Positions 37,267 to 46,460 of a stretch of 64,000 nucleotides of DNA are shown here, one piece after another (positions within the stretch are counted from its first letter, which is position 1; the number at the start of each line of letters is the position of its first letter). The stretch is from an uncultured delta proteobacterium. Lineage in GTDB: Bacteria; Desulfobacterota; Binatia; UBA9968. Position numbers and translations under genes: made by a program. The stretch lies in assembly GCA_963760795.1 (NCBI GenBank), contig CAVXEP010000035.1:32001-96000 (forward strand), written 5' to 3'. The notes under the pieces are model-generated. The model did no database searches and was not told where the DNA came from. It saw only the letters and a list, made by a program, of their open reading frames with translations.

Positions 37267-38256
37267 TTAGATAGATTTGCTAGAACTTTGCGTTAGACCG
37301 AAATCGGCAAGATCCGACGCGGTGACGCGAACCTCGGAAGCGGGCAAGCGAGACATATCGAAACGGGCAATCAGCTCCTCGGCGTGAACTCGTGCTGGTG
37401 CATCAATGGCTGCGCTACGCGCAACCCATGCGACGATTTGCCGTGGATCGGTGCCGGCGGCGCGCAGTCGGGCGAGCGAAACGTCGTCGCTGCGTTTGGC
37501 CAGGCGGCGTCCCAACGGGTCGGTGACGAGCGGCACATGCCACCATCGTGGATGTTCGTAGCCTAGCGCTTCCTGCAATAACCATTGGCGGGCGCAGCTT
37601 GCGAGCAGGTCGGCACCACGAACGATCTCGGTGACGCCTTGGCGCGCGTCGTCGACGACCGCTGCGAGTTGGTACGACGGCATGCCGAGGCGGCGGAGAA
37701 CGGGAAAGTCGCCGATTTCTTTGCTCACGTCGAACTCATGCACACCAAGAATGCCGTCTGCGATACGCACGAGCATCTTCGGCACGGCAAAGCGCAAGGC
37801 GGCGGGCCGGCCGGATTCCTGTTCGGCCACGGCCAGACTTCGGTACCGGCCACGACAAGTGCCCGGATAAATCGCGTCGATTTGTTCGCCCTGGGGGGCC
37901 GACATGGCCGCTTCGATCTCGCTCCGGGTGCAGGTGCATGGGTAGGCGAGGCCGTGATCGATGAGCGCTCCAGCGGCGGCATTGATTGCGTCGACGCCGC
38001 TCGACTGCACATAGGGTTCGCCGTCCCAGTCGAGGCCGAGCCAGCGCAGATCCTCGATCGTGGCTTCAAGCATGCCTGGCTTGACGCGCTCAATGTCGAG
38101 ATCCTCCAAGCGCAAGACGATACGGCTGCCGCGTGAACGCGCATGCCACCACGCAAGCAGGAACGAACGCGCGTGCCCCAGGTGCAGATAGCCGGTGGGA
38201 CTCGGTGCCAAGCGGCCGACGATCTGTGTGTTTACAATATTGCGGGGACCGTCCAT
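37267..38256 (-). CDS. gluQ: tRNA glutamyl-Q(34) synthetase (GluQRS)
   Basis: GRLAPSPTGYLHLGH, LRLEDLD, YPCTCTR, YQLAAVVDD, VRGADLL, RLAKR; no anticodon-binding domain. Confidence 0.93.
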   Translation of the reverse strand: MDGPRNIVNTQIVGRLAPSPTGYLHLGHARSFLLAWWHARSRGSRIVLRLEDLDIERVKPGMLEATIEDLRWLGLDWDGEPYVQSSGVDAINAAAGALIDHGLAYPCTCTRSEIEAAMSAPQGEQIDAIYPGTCRGRYRSLAVAEQESGRPAALRFAVPKMLVRIADGILGVHEFDVSKEIGDFPVLRRLGMPSYQLAAVVDDARQGVTEIVRGADLLASCARQWLLQEALGYEHPRWWHVPLVTDPLGRRLAKRSDDVSLARLRAAGTDPRQIVAWVARSAAIDAPARVHAEELIARFDMSRLPASEVRVTASDLADFGLTQSSSKSI

Positions 38257-38544
38257 TCGACCTAAAAAGATCAGTTGCCGCTCGAAAAATTAAATGTCGG
38301 GGTGGTGCGAGTTAAGTGCCATTTAGGTTGGCAGCGAGAGTGCTTCAGACAATTCTGACAGACCTGACAAAGTCCTCGTACCCCGAAGATTTACCATGAG
38401 CGACCGTGGCGAAAGTCGCCTTGCCAGACTGATGTGACATTGAACTGCGCCGCTGTTGGAGGTTTGAGTTTAATAGACGTGAAGCAGCCGAGCTGATTAA
38501 GGCTTAATGGCTTGGCACACGCTACGGTGAGATCGGCTATTTGA

Positions 38545-39003
38545 CTAAAAGGTATCGTCTTCGGCGTCGGTGGCGTCGAGCCGACGGTAGCTGCGCTCGT
38601 TCTCCAGGGTCTTTTGCCGCTTGCTTTCCTTCTCGTTCTCTTCCTGGCAGCGGACACAGAGGCGGGTGAAGGGCAGGACTTTGAGCCGTCCCAACTGGAT
38701 TTCCCCCTCGCAGCTCTCGCATAAACCATAGGTCTTTTCGGAGATGCGCTGCAAAGCTTCATCGATGGCGTGGAGCTTTTCGCGCTCGCGATCGTTCAAG
38801 ATGAAATTTATTTCCCGGTCACGCTCGTCGCTGGCAAGATCGTAGGTGTCGCGTCCTTCATCTTTGGAACCTTCGGTCTCGCCTTTGACGCGACCGCGCA
38901 TTTCCTTCATCAAGGAGCGCTTCATCTCCTGGAGCATATCGGAGGCCTGCTTCAAGAAGTCTCTTCGCTGTTTCTTTTCTTTGTCTGCGTCGGCTTTAGC
39001 CAT
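38545..39003 (-). CDS. dksA: TraR/DksA family C4 zinc-finger transcription factor
   Basis: Coiled-coil tip DTYDLA (DxxDxA); YGLCESC...I..GRL..LP.TRLCVRCQE. Confidence 0.85.
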   Translation of the reverse strand: MAKADADKEKKQRRDFLKQASDMLQEMKRSLMKEMRGRVKGETEGSKDEGRDTYDLASDERDREINFILNDREREKLHAIDEALQRISEKTYGLCESCEGEIQLGRLKVLPFTRLCVRCQEENEKESKRQKTLENERSYRRLDATDAEDDTF

Positions 39004-40351
39004 GGAGTGTCTCACCTATCAGGTCATAATCGGATGCGCCAGTGATTTTTACATCCAGCATAGCGCCAGCGTTGGCCGGAGTGCCCGGCTTTGATTCGAA
39101 GTCTTCTATAAAGACAAGACCGTCGACCTCCGGCGCATGGGCCTCGGTTCGACCGGTCAGTTGGCCCGAATCTGGATCAACGCCATCGATCATAACTCGC
39201 TGAATAGTGCCAATCAAGTCCTGATTCTTTTTCCGCGAAACCGCGGCTTGGATATCCATCACTTCCTGCCAGCGGTTTTCCTTTTCCTCTTCGCTGACCT
39301 TGCCGTCGAGCTTGGCGGCGCTAGTGCCCTCTTCCTCGGAGTATTTGAATACCCCCAGCCGGTCGAATTTCGCGGCGTCGACAAAATCCAAGAGCTCGGC
39401 GAAATCCTCATCGGTTTCGCCGGGAAAGCCGACAATCATCGAAGTCCGCAGCGTCAATCCGGGAATCGCCTGGCGCAGTTGCTCAACAGTTTGGCGCACC
39501 GCGCTGCCGCTTTTGCCGCGGCGCATGCGCTGCAGCAGCCGGGGGCTGATATGCTGAAAGGGGATATCGACATATTTGCAGATCTTGCCGGCGTTAGCGA
39601 TCAGATCGAGCAGTTCTGTATCTAGAAAGTTGGGATAGGAGTAGAGCAGGCGCACCCACTCGATGTCATCGACCTGGGCAATCTCGCGCAACAGGCGGTA
39701 GAGCGTCGTACCGTCCTTGCGGTCCCGTCCAAAGGCGGTCAGATCCTGGGCGATCAGGTTGATTTCCTTGACTCCAGCTTGGGCGAGCTGTTGGGTCTCG
39801 GTAACCACCGACTCGATGCTGCGGCTGCGGTGCGGACCGCGTAGCTGCGGGATGATGCAGAAGGCACATTTGTGGTCGCATCCTTCGGAGACTTTCACAA
39901 ACGCGGTATGGGATGGCGTCGACCGGGTTCGCGGCGTGGCATGGTCGTAGATGTAACTCGGCAAGCCGACATATTGGCGCTGCCGGGTCGCTGCATGCTC
40001 GCGCAAGATTTCGGCGATGCGCGGCACTTCACCGGTGCCGATGAATAGATCGACCTCCGAGAGTTCGGCCGCGAGCTCGGCAGGATAGCGTTGTGAAAGA
40101 CAACCGGCGACCACCAGCTTTTTTAGCTTGCCGGATTCCTTGAGGCGGCCGATCTCGACGATGGTATCGATGGACTCTTCCTTGGCGGCGCCGATAAAGC
40201 CGCAGGTGTTGACCATGACGATATCGGCATCGATCGGCTCCGCGACGATCTCGTAGTTGTTTTTCTGCAGCAGCCCGGCCATGACCTCGGAATCAACCAA
40301 GTTACGGGCGCAACCGAGGCTGACGATGCTGAATTTTTGTTTGGTCGTCAT
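38996..40351 (-). CDS. rimO: Ribosomal protein S12 methylthiotransferase
   Basis: SLGCARNLVDSE, VNTCGFI..AKEESI, GCLSQRY, CDHKCAFC radical-SAM motif, APEVDG, TRAM domain. Confidence 0.96.
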   Translation of the reverse strand: MTTKQKFSIVSLGCARNLVDSEVMAGLLQKNNYEIVAEPIDADIVMVNTCGFIGAAKEESIDTIVEIGRLKESGKLKKLVVAGCLSQRYPAELAAELSEVDLFIGTGEVPRIAEILREHAATRQRQYVGLPSYIYDHATPRTRSTPSHTAFVKVSEGCDHKCAFCIIPQLRGPHRSRSIESVVTETQQLAQAGVKEINLIAQDLTAFGRDRKDGTTLYRLLREIAQVDDIEWVRLLYSYPNFLDTELLDLIANAGKICKYVDIPFQHISPRLLQRMRRGKSGSAVRQTVEQLRQAIPGLTLRTSMIVGFPGETDEDFAELLDFVDAAKFDRLGVFKYSEEEGTSAAKLDGKVSEEEKENRWQEVMDIQAAVSRKKNQDLIGTIQRVMIDGVDPDSGQLTGRTEAHAPEVDGLVFIEDFESKPGTPANAGAMLDVKITGASDYDLIGETLHG

Positions 40352-41034
40352 TGGCCTAGTTCGACGATATCGGCGCCGTTGGGGATCTGCACCTGAAACA
40401 GGGAATCTTTGATGCCGACGCCCTTGCGCATGGCGGAAAAGCGCAATGTGGTCAGATTGCTGGCGGCATCGCGCACGCTGACCCAGAGGATGTCAGAGGT
40501 CGCTTTGCTGGTGCCGATGAGAATCTCGTTCTGGCCGCCAGCCTCGCCCTTGGGTTCCAGTCTCAGGACGTTTTGGCTTTCCTCGCTCGCTTTGAGGGTG
40601 GTGTTGAAATCTTTCTTGAGATTGCCGAGGCCCAACAAAAACGACAGCGGAATATCGCCGCGAAAGGCGTTTTTGAGCGGGCTCTTGATCACTTGATTCT
40701 GCTCGGGCTGGTAGAAATACAGGTGCTTGCCGTCGGCCAGCACGAACTGTCCCTTGGGCGTTTCGTAGGTCCAGAGCATTTTGCCGGGGCGCTTGAACGA
40801 CACCTTGCCCGACGCCTTGAGACTCCGGCCGAGAGTCTTGACATCGGTTTCCTGGCGAAAGTCGGCGACGAAGTCGACGGTGGCATCGTAGCTTCGCTGC
40901 AACGCGTCGACGATCGGTTCGGCGCTGTTGGTCTCTGCGGCACGGCTGGACTGAAGATTCACCGTTGCAACGAAGCCCGAGCCGAGCAGGATCGCCCAAA
41001 GGATTTGCCTAGTCTTCTTCGATCTTTTGCGCAT
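40348..41034 (-). CDS. lolA: Outer-membrane lipoprotein carrier LolA
   Basis: ADFRQ..., SGKVSFKRPGKMLWTYETP..Q...ADG..LYFYQPEQNQV; follows ftsK as in the conserved ftsK-lolA order; start estimated at MRKRSKK. Confidence 0.88.
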   Translation of the reverse strand: MRKRSKKTRQILWAILLGSGFVATVNLQSSRAAETNSAEPIVDALQRSYDATVDFVADFRQETDVKTLGRSLKASGKVSFKRPGKMLWTYETPKGQFVLADGKHLYFYQPEQNQVIKSPLKNAFRGDIPLSFLLGLGNLKKDFNTTLKASEESQNVLRLEPKGEAGGQNEILIGTSKATSDILWVSVRDAASNLTTLRFSAMRKGVGIKDSLFQVQIPNGADIVELGQ

Positions 41035-43282
41035 AAACTTCTCTCGCTTTGGCGCCGTCAGCGGGACCAATGACGCCGTCGCGTTCCATCACTTCGACCA
41101 TCCGCGCAGCGCGGTTGTACCCTACACGCAATCGCCGCTGAATCATAGAGATGGACGCCTGCCGGGTCTCGGTGACGATGGCGACCGCCTGGTCATACAT
41201 TTCGTCGTATTCTTCATCGGCGGCAGCCGCGGCTTCGACTTCTTTTTTGGCTTCAAGAATATCGGTCCGGTAGTTGGGCCTGCCCTGTTGCTTGATGAAT
41301 TTCATCACTTTGCGCACTTCTTGGTCGGAGACGAAGGCGCCATGGATGCGGGTTAGCCGCGCCGTTCCCGGCGGCAGGAAGAGCATGTCGCCGTTGCCGA
41401 GGAGTTTCTCACTGCCCATGGAGTCCAAGATCGTCCGCGAGTCGATGCGCGAGGTCACCTGAAACGAAATGCGCGCCGGAAAGTTGGCCTTGATCAGGCC
41501 GGTGATGACATCGACCGAGGGCCGTTGGGTGGCCAAGATCAAATGAATGCCCGCGGCGCGGGCTTTCTGCGCCAGGCGGGTAATGTATTCTTCGATGTCT
41601 CTGCCGACGGTCATCATGAGGTCGGCCAATTCATCGATAATGATGACGATGCGCGGCAGATGGCCGTGCACCAACGGCGTGTCTTTCGACAGCCTGCCGC
41701 CGATCACCGGCGTTTCGTCCATCGGTTCCTCGTCCGTCAACCGGATCAAGTCCTTTTTGTTGCCCGACTCCTTCTCGATCGCCCGGTTGTAGCCGTCGAT
41801 GTTGCGCACGGCTTTTTCCCTCATTAGCCGATAACGGCGATCCATTTCATCCATCGCCCAGAACAGCGCGGCGGCGGCCTTTTTCGGATCGGTGACCACC
41901 GGTACCAGCTGGTGCGGAATGTCTTCGTAAACGGTCAATTCCAGCATCTTGGGATCGACCATGATGAATTTGACGTCCTGCGGGCTCGACTTGAACAGCA
42001 GGCTCAGGATCATCGCGTTGATCGATACCGATTTGCCGGTGCCGGTGGCGCCGGCGACCAACAGATGGGGCATTTTGGCAAGATCGGTGGAAAACGGCAC
42101 GCCGCCGATGTCTTTGCCCAGCGCCAGGGTAATCTTTGAGTCGGCAGCGCGGTAGGATTCGCTCTCAATCACTTCGCGCAAATACACGGTCTCGCGCCGC
42201 GGGTTGGGAATTTCGATACCGACCACCGATTCGCCGGGGATCGGCGCCAAGATGCGCACGCTGACGGCGCGCAGCGCCATGGCGAGGTCGTCGGCCAACA
42301 TGACGATGCGCCGGACTTTGACGCCGGGCGCGGGCTTGAATTCGTACATGGTGATGACCGGGCCGGGACGCACCGCGACGACTTCGCCTGCGACGCCAAA
42401 GTCTTCGAGTTTTTTTTGCAAGATCAGCGAGTTGGCGTGCAGGCTTTCTTTGTCGATAGTGACTTGCTGATGTTCCGGCGGATCCAAAAGCTCCAGCGGC
42501 GGTAGTTTGTAACCCTCGCCGACCTCCGGGAGATTAAACTGTTCCGGCGCCGGCGCTGCCGGCTTTTTGGCTGGCTTTTTTACCACGAAGTCGAAGTCAT
42601 TGATCGGATCGTCTCTGGTGACGATAGCCGGCGGGGTGTAGTCTTTTTTCTCTTTTTTGGTGTTCTCGCCTTTGCGTTTGTCGTGCTTTTCTTTGAGTTC
42701 CTTCATCCGGGCGTTAATCGCCGGCACCAAGGATTTCCTAAACTCGGCGAAATTCTTTTTGCTATGACCGATCAGATCGAGCAGCGATTGCTGGGTCAGC
42801 AACATGATCGACAGGAGCAACATGAAGCAAGCGATCAACACCGCACTCAAGCGGCCGAACAACGGGATTAGAATACTTTCTTTGAGAAAGCCGCCGACAA
42901 TGCCGCCGGCGTCGCGGGCGCTTTCGCTGTCGATGAGGACGCTCAGCAGGACTCCAATACTCAGCAGGAGAACTGCGTAGGCTGAAGCGCGAGCCAACGA
43001 AATGCCATCGTAAGTGGCGCGAAACATTTGCACCGCGCCGGCGCCGAGAAACACCGGGACTAGATAAGAAGTCAGCCCCAGCCCCTGGAGCAGCAGGTCG
43101 GCGAGGAAGGCGCCGAGAAAGCCGCCCCAATTATGGGTGTCCACCGCGCCCGATGGCGTATTGAACGAGCGATCACTGACGCTATAGGAAACCAAGCTGA
43201 TGGCGATAAGCAGCGCCGTAAGCGCGATCACCACAGCCCAGATTTCCCGGTTGAGACGGCTCTTTTCGATGGCAGCTTGCAT
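41009..43282 (-). CDS. ftsK: DNA translocase FtsK
   Basis: 4TM N-terminus, GPVITMYE, PHLLVAGATGTGKS, DPKMLEL, IDELADLM, LATQRPSVDVITG, gamma domain SISMIQRRLRVGYNRAAR. Confidence 0.97.
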   Translation of the reverse strand: MQAAIEKSRLNREIWAVVIALTALLIAISLVSYSVSDRSFNTPSGAVDTHNWGGFLGAFLADLLLQGLGLTSYLVPVFLGAGAVQMFRATYDGISLARASAYAVLLLSIGVLLSVLIDSESARDAGGIVGGFLKESILIPLFGRLSAVLIACFMLLLSIMLLTQQSLLDLIGHSKKNFAEFRKSLVPAINARMKELKEKHDKRKGENTKKEKKDYTPPAIVTRDDPINDFDFVVKKPAKKPAAPAPEQFNLPEVGEGYKLPPLELLDPPEHQQVTIDKESLHANSLILQKKLEDFGVAGEVVAVRPGPVITMYEFKPAPGVKVRRIVMLADDLAMALRAVSVRILAPIPGESVVGIEIPNPRRETVYLREVIESESYRAADSKITLALGKDIGGVPFSTDLAKMPHLLVAGATGTGKSVSINAMILSLLFKSSPQDVKFIMVDPKMLELTVYEDIPHQLVPVVTDPKKAAAALFWAMDEMDRRYRLMREKAVRNIDGYNRAIEKESGNKKDLIRLTDEEPMDETPVIGGRLSKDTPLVHGHLPRIVIIIDELADLMMTVGRDIEEYITRLAQKARAAGIHLILATQRPSVDVITGLIKANFPARISFQVTSRIDSRTILDSMGSEKLLGNGDMLFLPPGTARLTRIHGAFVSDQEVRKVMKFIKQQGRPNYRTDILEAKKEVEAAAAADEEYDEMYDQAVAIVTETRQASISMIQRRLRVGYNRAARMVEVMERDGVIGPADGAKAREVYAQKIEED

Positions 43283-43294
43283 AGTTCGGTTTCC

Positions 43295-44950
43295 TCAGGT
43301 TTCGATGATATAGGGCAACACCACAGGGCGGCGCTCGAGTTTTTTCCTGAAAAATCTGCGCAGTACGAGGCGTACCTCCTCTTTGAGTTCTTCCGGGTCT
43401 CTGCGGGTCTCGCGGTTCATGTTGGCCAGGGCGGCGAGCACGGCCTGTTTGGCGCTCTCCATGACCTCTTCGCTTTCTTCGGCGAGCATGAAGCCGCGGG
43501 AGATCAAATCCGGCCCGGCGACGAGTTCGCCGGATTGCTGATGGATCGCCATGACCGCCAGGACCATGCCGTCTTCGGACAGATGGCGGCGGTCGCGAAT
43601 GACCATGTCGCCGACATCGCCGACGCCTTTGCCGTCGACAAAGACCCGGCCGACTTGAATCGGCTTGACCTTCTCTGCACCCCGGTTGGTCAGTTCGAGC
43701 ACGTCGCCGTCATCGAGCAGAAAACAGTTTTCCTCGGGAATGCCGACCTCTTGGGCGAGCCGCCGGTGGCGGACGAGATGGCGATATTCGCCATGGATCG
43801 GCACGAAATAGCGCGGCCGAGTGAGCTGCAACATGATTTTTAGCTCTTCCTGGCTGGCGTGACCGGAGACGTGGATCTCTGAGACTTTTTCGTAGTGCAC
43901 CTCGGCGCCGCGGCGGTACAGATGATTGATCAGGTTCGAGATCACCTTCTCGTTGCCGGGGATGAATTTCGACGACAGAATCACCGTGTCGCCGGCAGCG
44001 ACTTTGAGCGTCTTGTGGTCGTTCAAGGCGACCCGGTGTAACACCGACATGGGTTCGCCCTGGCTGCCAGTGGTGAGAAACAGCAGTTGGTCCGCCGGTA
44101 AGCTTTGCCAGCGTTCGCTATCGTTCATGAAACTGCGCGGCATGCGCAGATAGCCGAGCTCGGCCGCGACCTCGCAGTTGCGAATCATGCTGCGACCGCT
44201 GAGCACGACGCGCCGCTCGCAACGCTCGGCGATCTCGACGACCTGCTGGATTCGCGGGATGCTCGACGAAAAGGTCGAAACCAAGACTTTGCCGGTACTC
44301 TTGACGATGATCTGTTCCAAATTCGTACCGACTTCGCGCTCCGACGGCGTATGGCCGCGGCGCTCGACGTTGGTCGAGTCGGACATCAAGAGCAGCACGC
44401 CCTTCTCTCCGTAGGCGGCGAAGCGTTGGAAGTCGAACATCTCGCCATCCATCGGCGTGTTGTCGATCTTGAAATCGCCGGTGTGAATCACCGTGCCCAG
44501 TGGCGTCTCGACGGCCAAGGCCAAGCAGTCCATCAAACTATGGGTAACCCGGATGCCTTCGATGGTAAACGGACCGATCTGCCAGGGGGCGCCGGCGGTG
44601 ATCTCGTGAATCTCGGTACTGTCTTCGAGATCATGTTCTTGCAGTTTATTCGCCAGCAGGCCGAGGGTCAGCTTGGTGCCGTATATCGGCACATCGAAGT
44701 GCTTCAAGACGAACGGCAGAGCGCCGACGTGATCCTCGTGGGCGTGGGTCAGCACGATCGCCTTGAGCTTGGTCTTTCCCTCCAACAAATAGCTGACATC
44801 GGGGATCACCAGGTCGATGCCCAACAAATGGGCGTCGGGAAACATGAGGCCGCAGTCCACCGCGATGGCGTCGTCGCCATACTCGATCAGCATCATGTTC
44901 AAGCCGAACTCGCCGAGGCCGCCAAGCGGGATGATTTTCAATGGTTCCAT
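43295..44950 (-). CDS. rnj: Ribonuclease J
   Basis: PLGGLGEFGLNM, THAHEDHVG, HTGDFK, DSTN, TGSQGEP, HVSGH, PIHGEYRH. Confidence 0.96.
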   Translation of the reverse strand: MEPLKIIPLGGLGEFGLNMMLIEYGDDAIAVDCGLMFPDAHLLGIDLVIPDVSYLLEGKTKLKAIVLTHAHEDHVGALPFVLKHFDVPIYGTKLTLGLLANKLQEHDLEDSTEIHEITAGAPWQIGPFTIEGIRVTHSLMDCLALAVETPLGTVIHTGDFKIDNTPMDGEMFDFQRFAAYGEKGVLLLMSDSTNVERRGHTPSEREVGTNLEQIIVKSTGKVLVSTFSSSIPRIQQVVEIAERCERRVVLSGRSMIRNCEVAAELGYLRMPRSFMNDSERWQSLPADQLLFLTTGSQGEPMSVLHRVALNDHKTLKVAAGDTVILSSKFIPGNEKVISNLINHLYRRGAEVHYEKVSEIHVSGHASQEELKIMLQLTRPRYFVPIHGEYRHLVRHRRLAQEVGIPEENCFLLDDGDVLELTNRGAEKVKPIQVGRVFVDGKGVGDVGDMVIRDRRHLSEDGMVLAVMAIHQQSGELVAGPDLISRGFMLAEESEEVMESAKQAVLAALANMNRETRRDPEELKEEVRLVLRRFFRKKLERRPVVLPYIIET

Positions 44951-44956
44951 GGATGG

Positions 44957-45730
44957 TTAGACGGTTCTTCCTTGCGGCGCGATGGCCGCTCCGGTCAGAT
45001 TTTCTTGGCTCGCGCGAATCGGATCGCTCGGTCGTAGATTAGCCGCGATGATTTCTTGCACCTGCGCGCTCAAGCCGCGCAGCCCGCCTGGGCGAAAGTC
45101 TGCCGCCGCAATCGGCGCGCCGATGGTGACGTCGATTGTCCCGGGCCGGACGCGCCATTCGCCTCTGGCCAGCAGTTTGCCCGTGCCGTTGATCGTCACC
45201 GGCACAATCGGCGTCTTGCTTTTCAGCGCCAGGAGAAAGCCGCCGCGTTTGAACGGCAACAACTTGCCGTCGGTGCTGCGGGTGCCTTCCGGGAATACCA
45301 CCACCGAGATTCCCGCCGCGATGCGCTGCTTGGCGAGCTTTAGACTCTTGAGCGCGTCCAACGCATCCGCCCGGTCGACGGTAATATGCTTCGCCGCCCA
45401 CAGCGCCCAACCGAAGAAAGGTATCCAAAGGAGTTCTTTCTTAGCGATCCAGCGGAGCTGGAACTGGGGCAACGCTTGAACCAGCACTGGAATGTCGAAG
45501 TTGCTTTGGTGATTCACGACAAAAAGATACTGGCGTTGTGGGTCCAGCCGATTCAGCCCTTCTACGGTCAAGGTGATGCCGCTGAATTTGACAATCAGCC
45601 AAGTCCAAAATTGATTGATGCGATACACGCGTTTGCCGTGGGGATCGAACAGGCCGCATAAAACCGTCGCCAGCGAAAGCACCATGGTGGCCGCGATGAC
45701 GATGGCTAATTTGACTGTGTAAAACATCAA
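44957..45730 (-). CDS. plsC: 1-acyl-sn-glycerol-3-phosphate acyltransferase
   Basis: NHQSNFD (HxxxxD), AKKEL, FPEGTRS, FKRGGF. Confidence 0.92.
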   Translation of the reverse strand: MMFYTVKLAIVIAATMVLSLATVLCGLFDPHGKRVYRINQFWTWLIVKFSGITLTVEGLNRLDPQRQYLFVVNHQSNFDIPVLVQALPQFQLRWIAKKELLWIPFFGWALWAAKHITVDRADALDALKSLKLAKQRIAAGISVVVFPEGTRSTDGKLLPFKRGGFLLALKSKTPIVPVTINGTGKLLARGEWRVRPGTIDVTIGAPIAAADFRPGGLRGLSAQVQEIIAANLRPSDPIRASQENLTGAAIAPQGRTV

Positions 45731-45841
45731 GACAAAGCTAAATTTGAACCGTCGAACTTATTGGAGATTGGTAAGTAATTGTAGAGAAGGCCTGAACAAA
45801 AATCAATGTGAGGAAGTTTTTGGTGCTTCGGCTCAATCGAG

Positions 45842-45870
45842 TTGACTCTCCAGATGGCCAGGGTTAAGTT
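45842..45870 (+). promoter_or_regulatory. Sigma70-type promoter candidate for ssb
   Basis: TTGACT-N17-TAAGTT. Confidence 0.5.
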
Positions 45871-45917
45871 GAGAGCACTTTTCCGCCGCAAAGTTTTTTT
45901 CCGGGTCCGGAGGCAGT

Positions 45918-46355
45918 ATGTCCGTTAACAAAGTCATTTTGGTCGGCAATCTCGGCAAGGATCCCGAGGTGCGTTATACCCAGACGGGCAGCGCCGTGGC
46001 GAATTTCTCGATCGCCACCTCAGAGCAATGGAACGACCGCGACGGCAAACGCCAGGAGCGCACCGAGTGGCATAATATCGTGGTCTGGGGTAAGCAGGCC
46101 GAGCACTGCGGGCAGTATCTATCGAAAGGCCGGCAGGTTTTCATCGAAGGCAGCATTCGCACGCGCAGCTACGACGATAAGAGCGGCAACAAGCGCTACG
46201 TCACCGAGATCATCGCCCAACGCATTCAGTTCCTTGGCAGCGGTGGCGGCACCCGCGGGCCGCAGCAAGGTACGGATTCCGGCAGTGTCGACGACCTGGC
46301 GATGGGCGGCATGGGCGGCGGCCAGCCGCCCAGTGACGACGATATTCCGTTCTGA
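45918..46355 (+). CDS. ssb: Single-stranded DNA-binding protein
   Basis: [16 protein letters not shown]...TEWHNIV...C-terminal DDDIPF. Confidence 0.98.
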   Translation: MSVNKVILVGNLGKDPEVRYTQTGSAVANFSIATSEQWNDRDGKRQERTEWHNIVVWGKQAEHCGQYLSKGRQVFIEGSIRTRSYDDKSGNKRYVTEIIAQRIQFLGSGGGTRGPQQGTDSGSVDDLAMGGMGGGQPPSDDDIPF

Positions 46356-46460
46356 TCATTTAGTTTATTCATTCCCATTCGTCCAAGTCGATGCATATAG
46401 GCCTTGGGATCGATCGATGAGTTCTTTCAGACGGATTTACTTACTTGCGCTTATCCATTA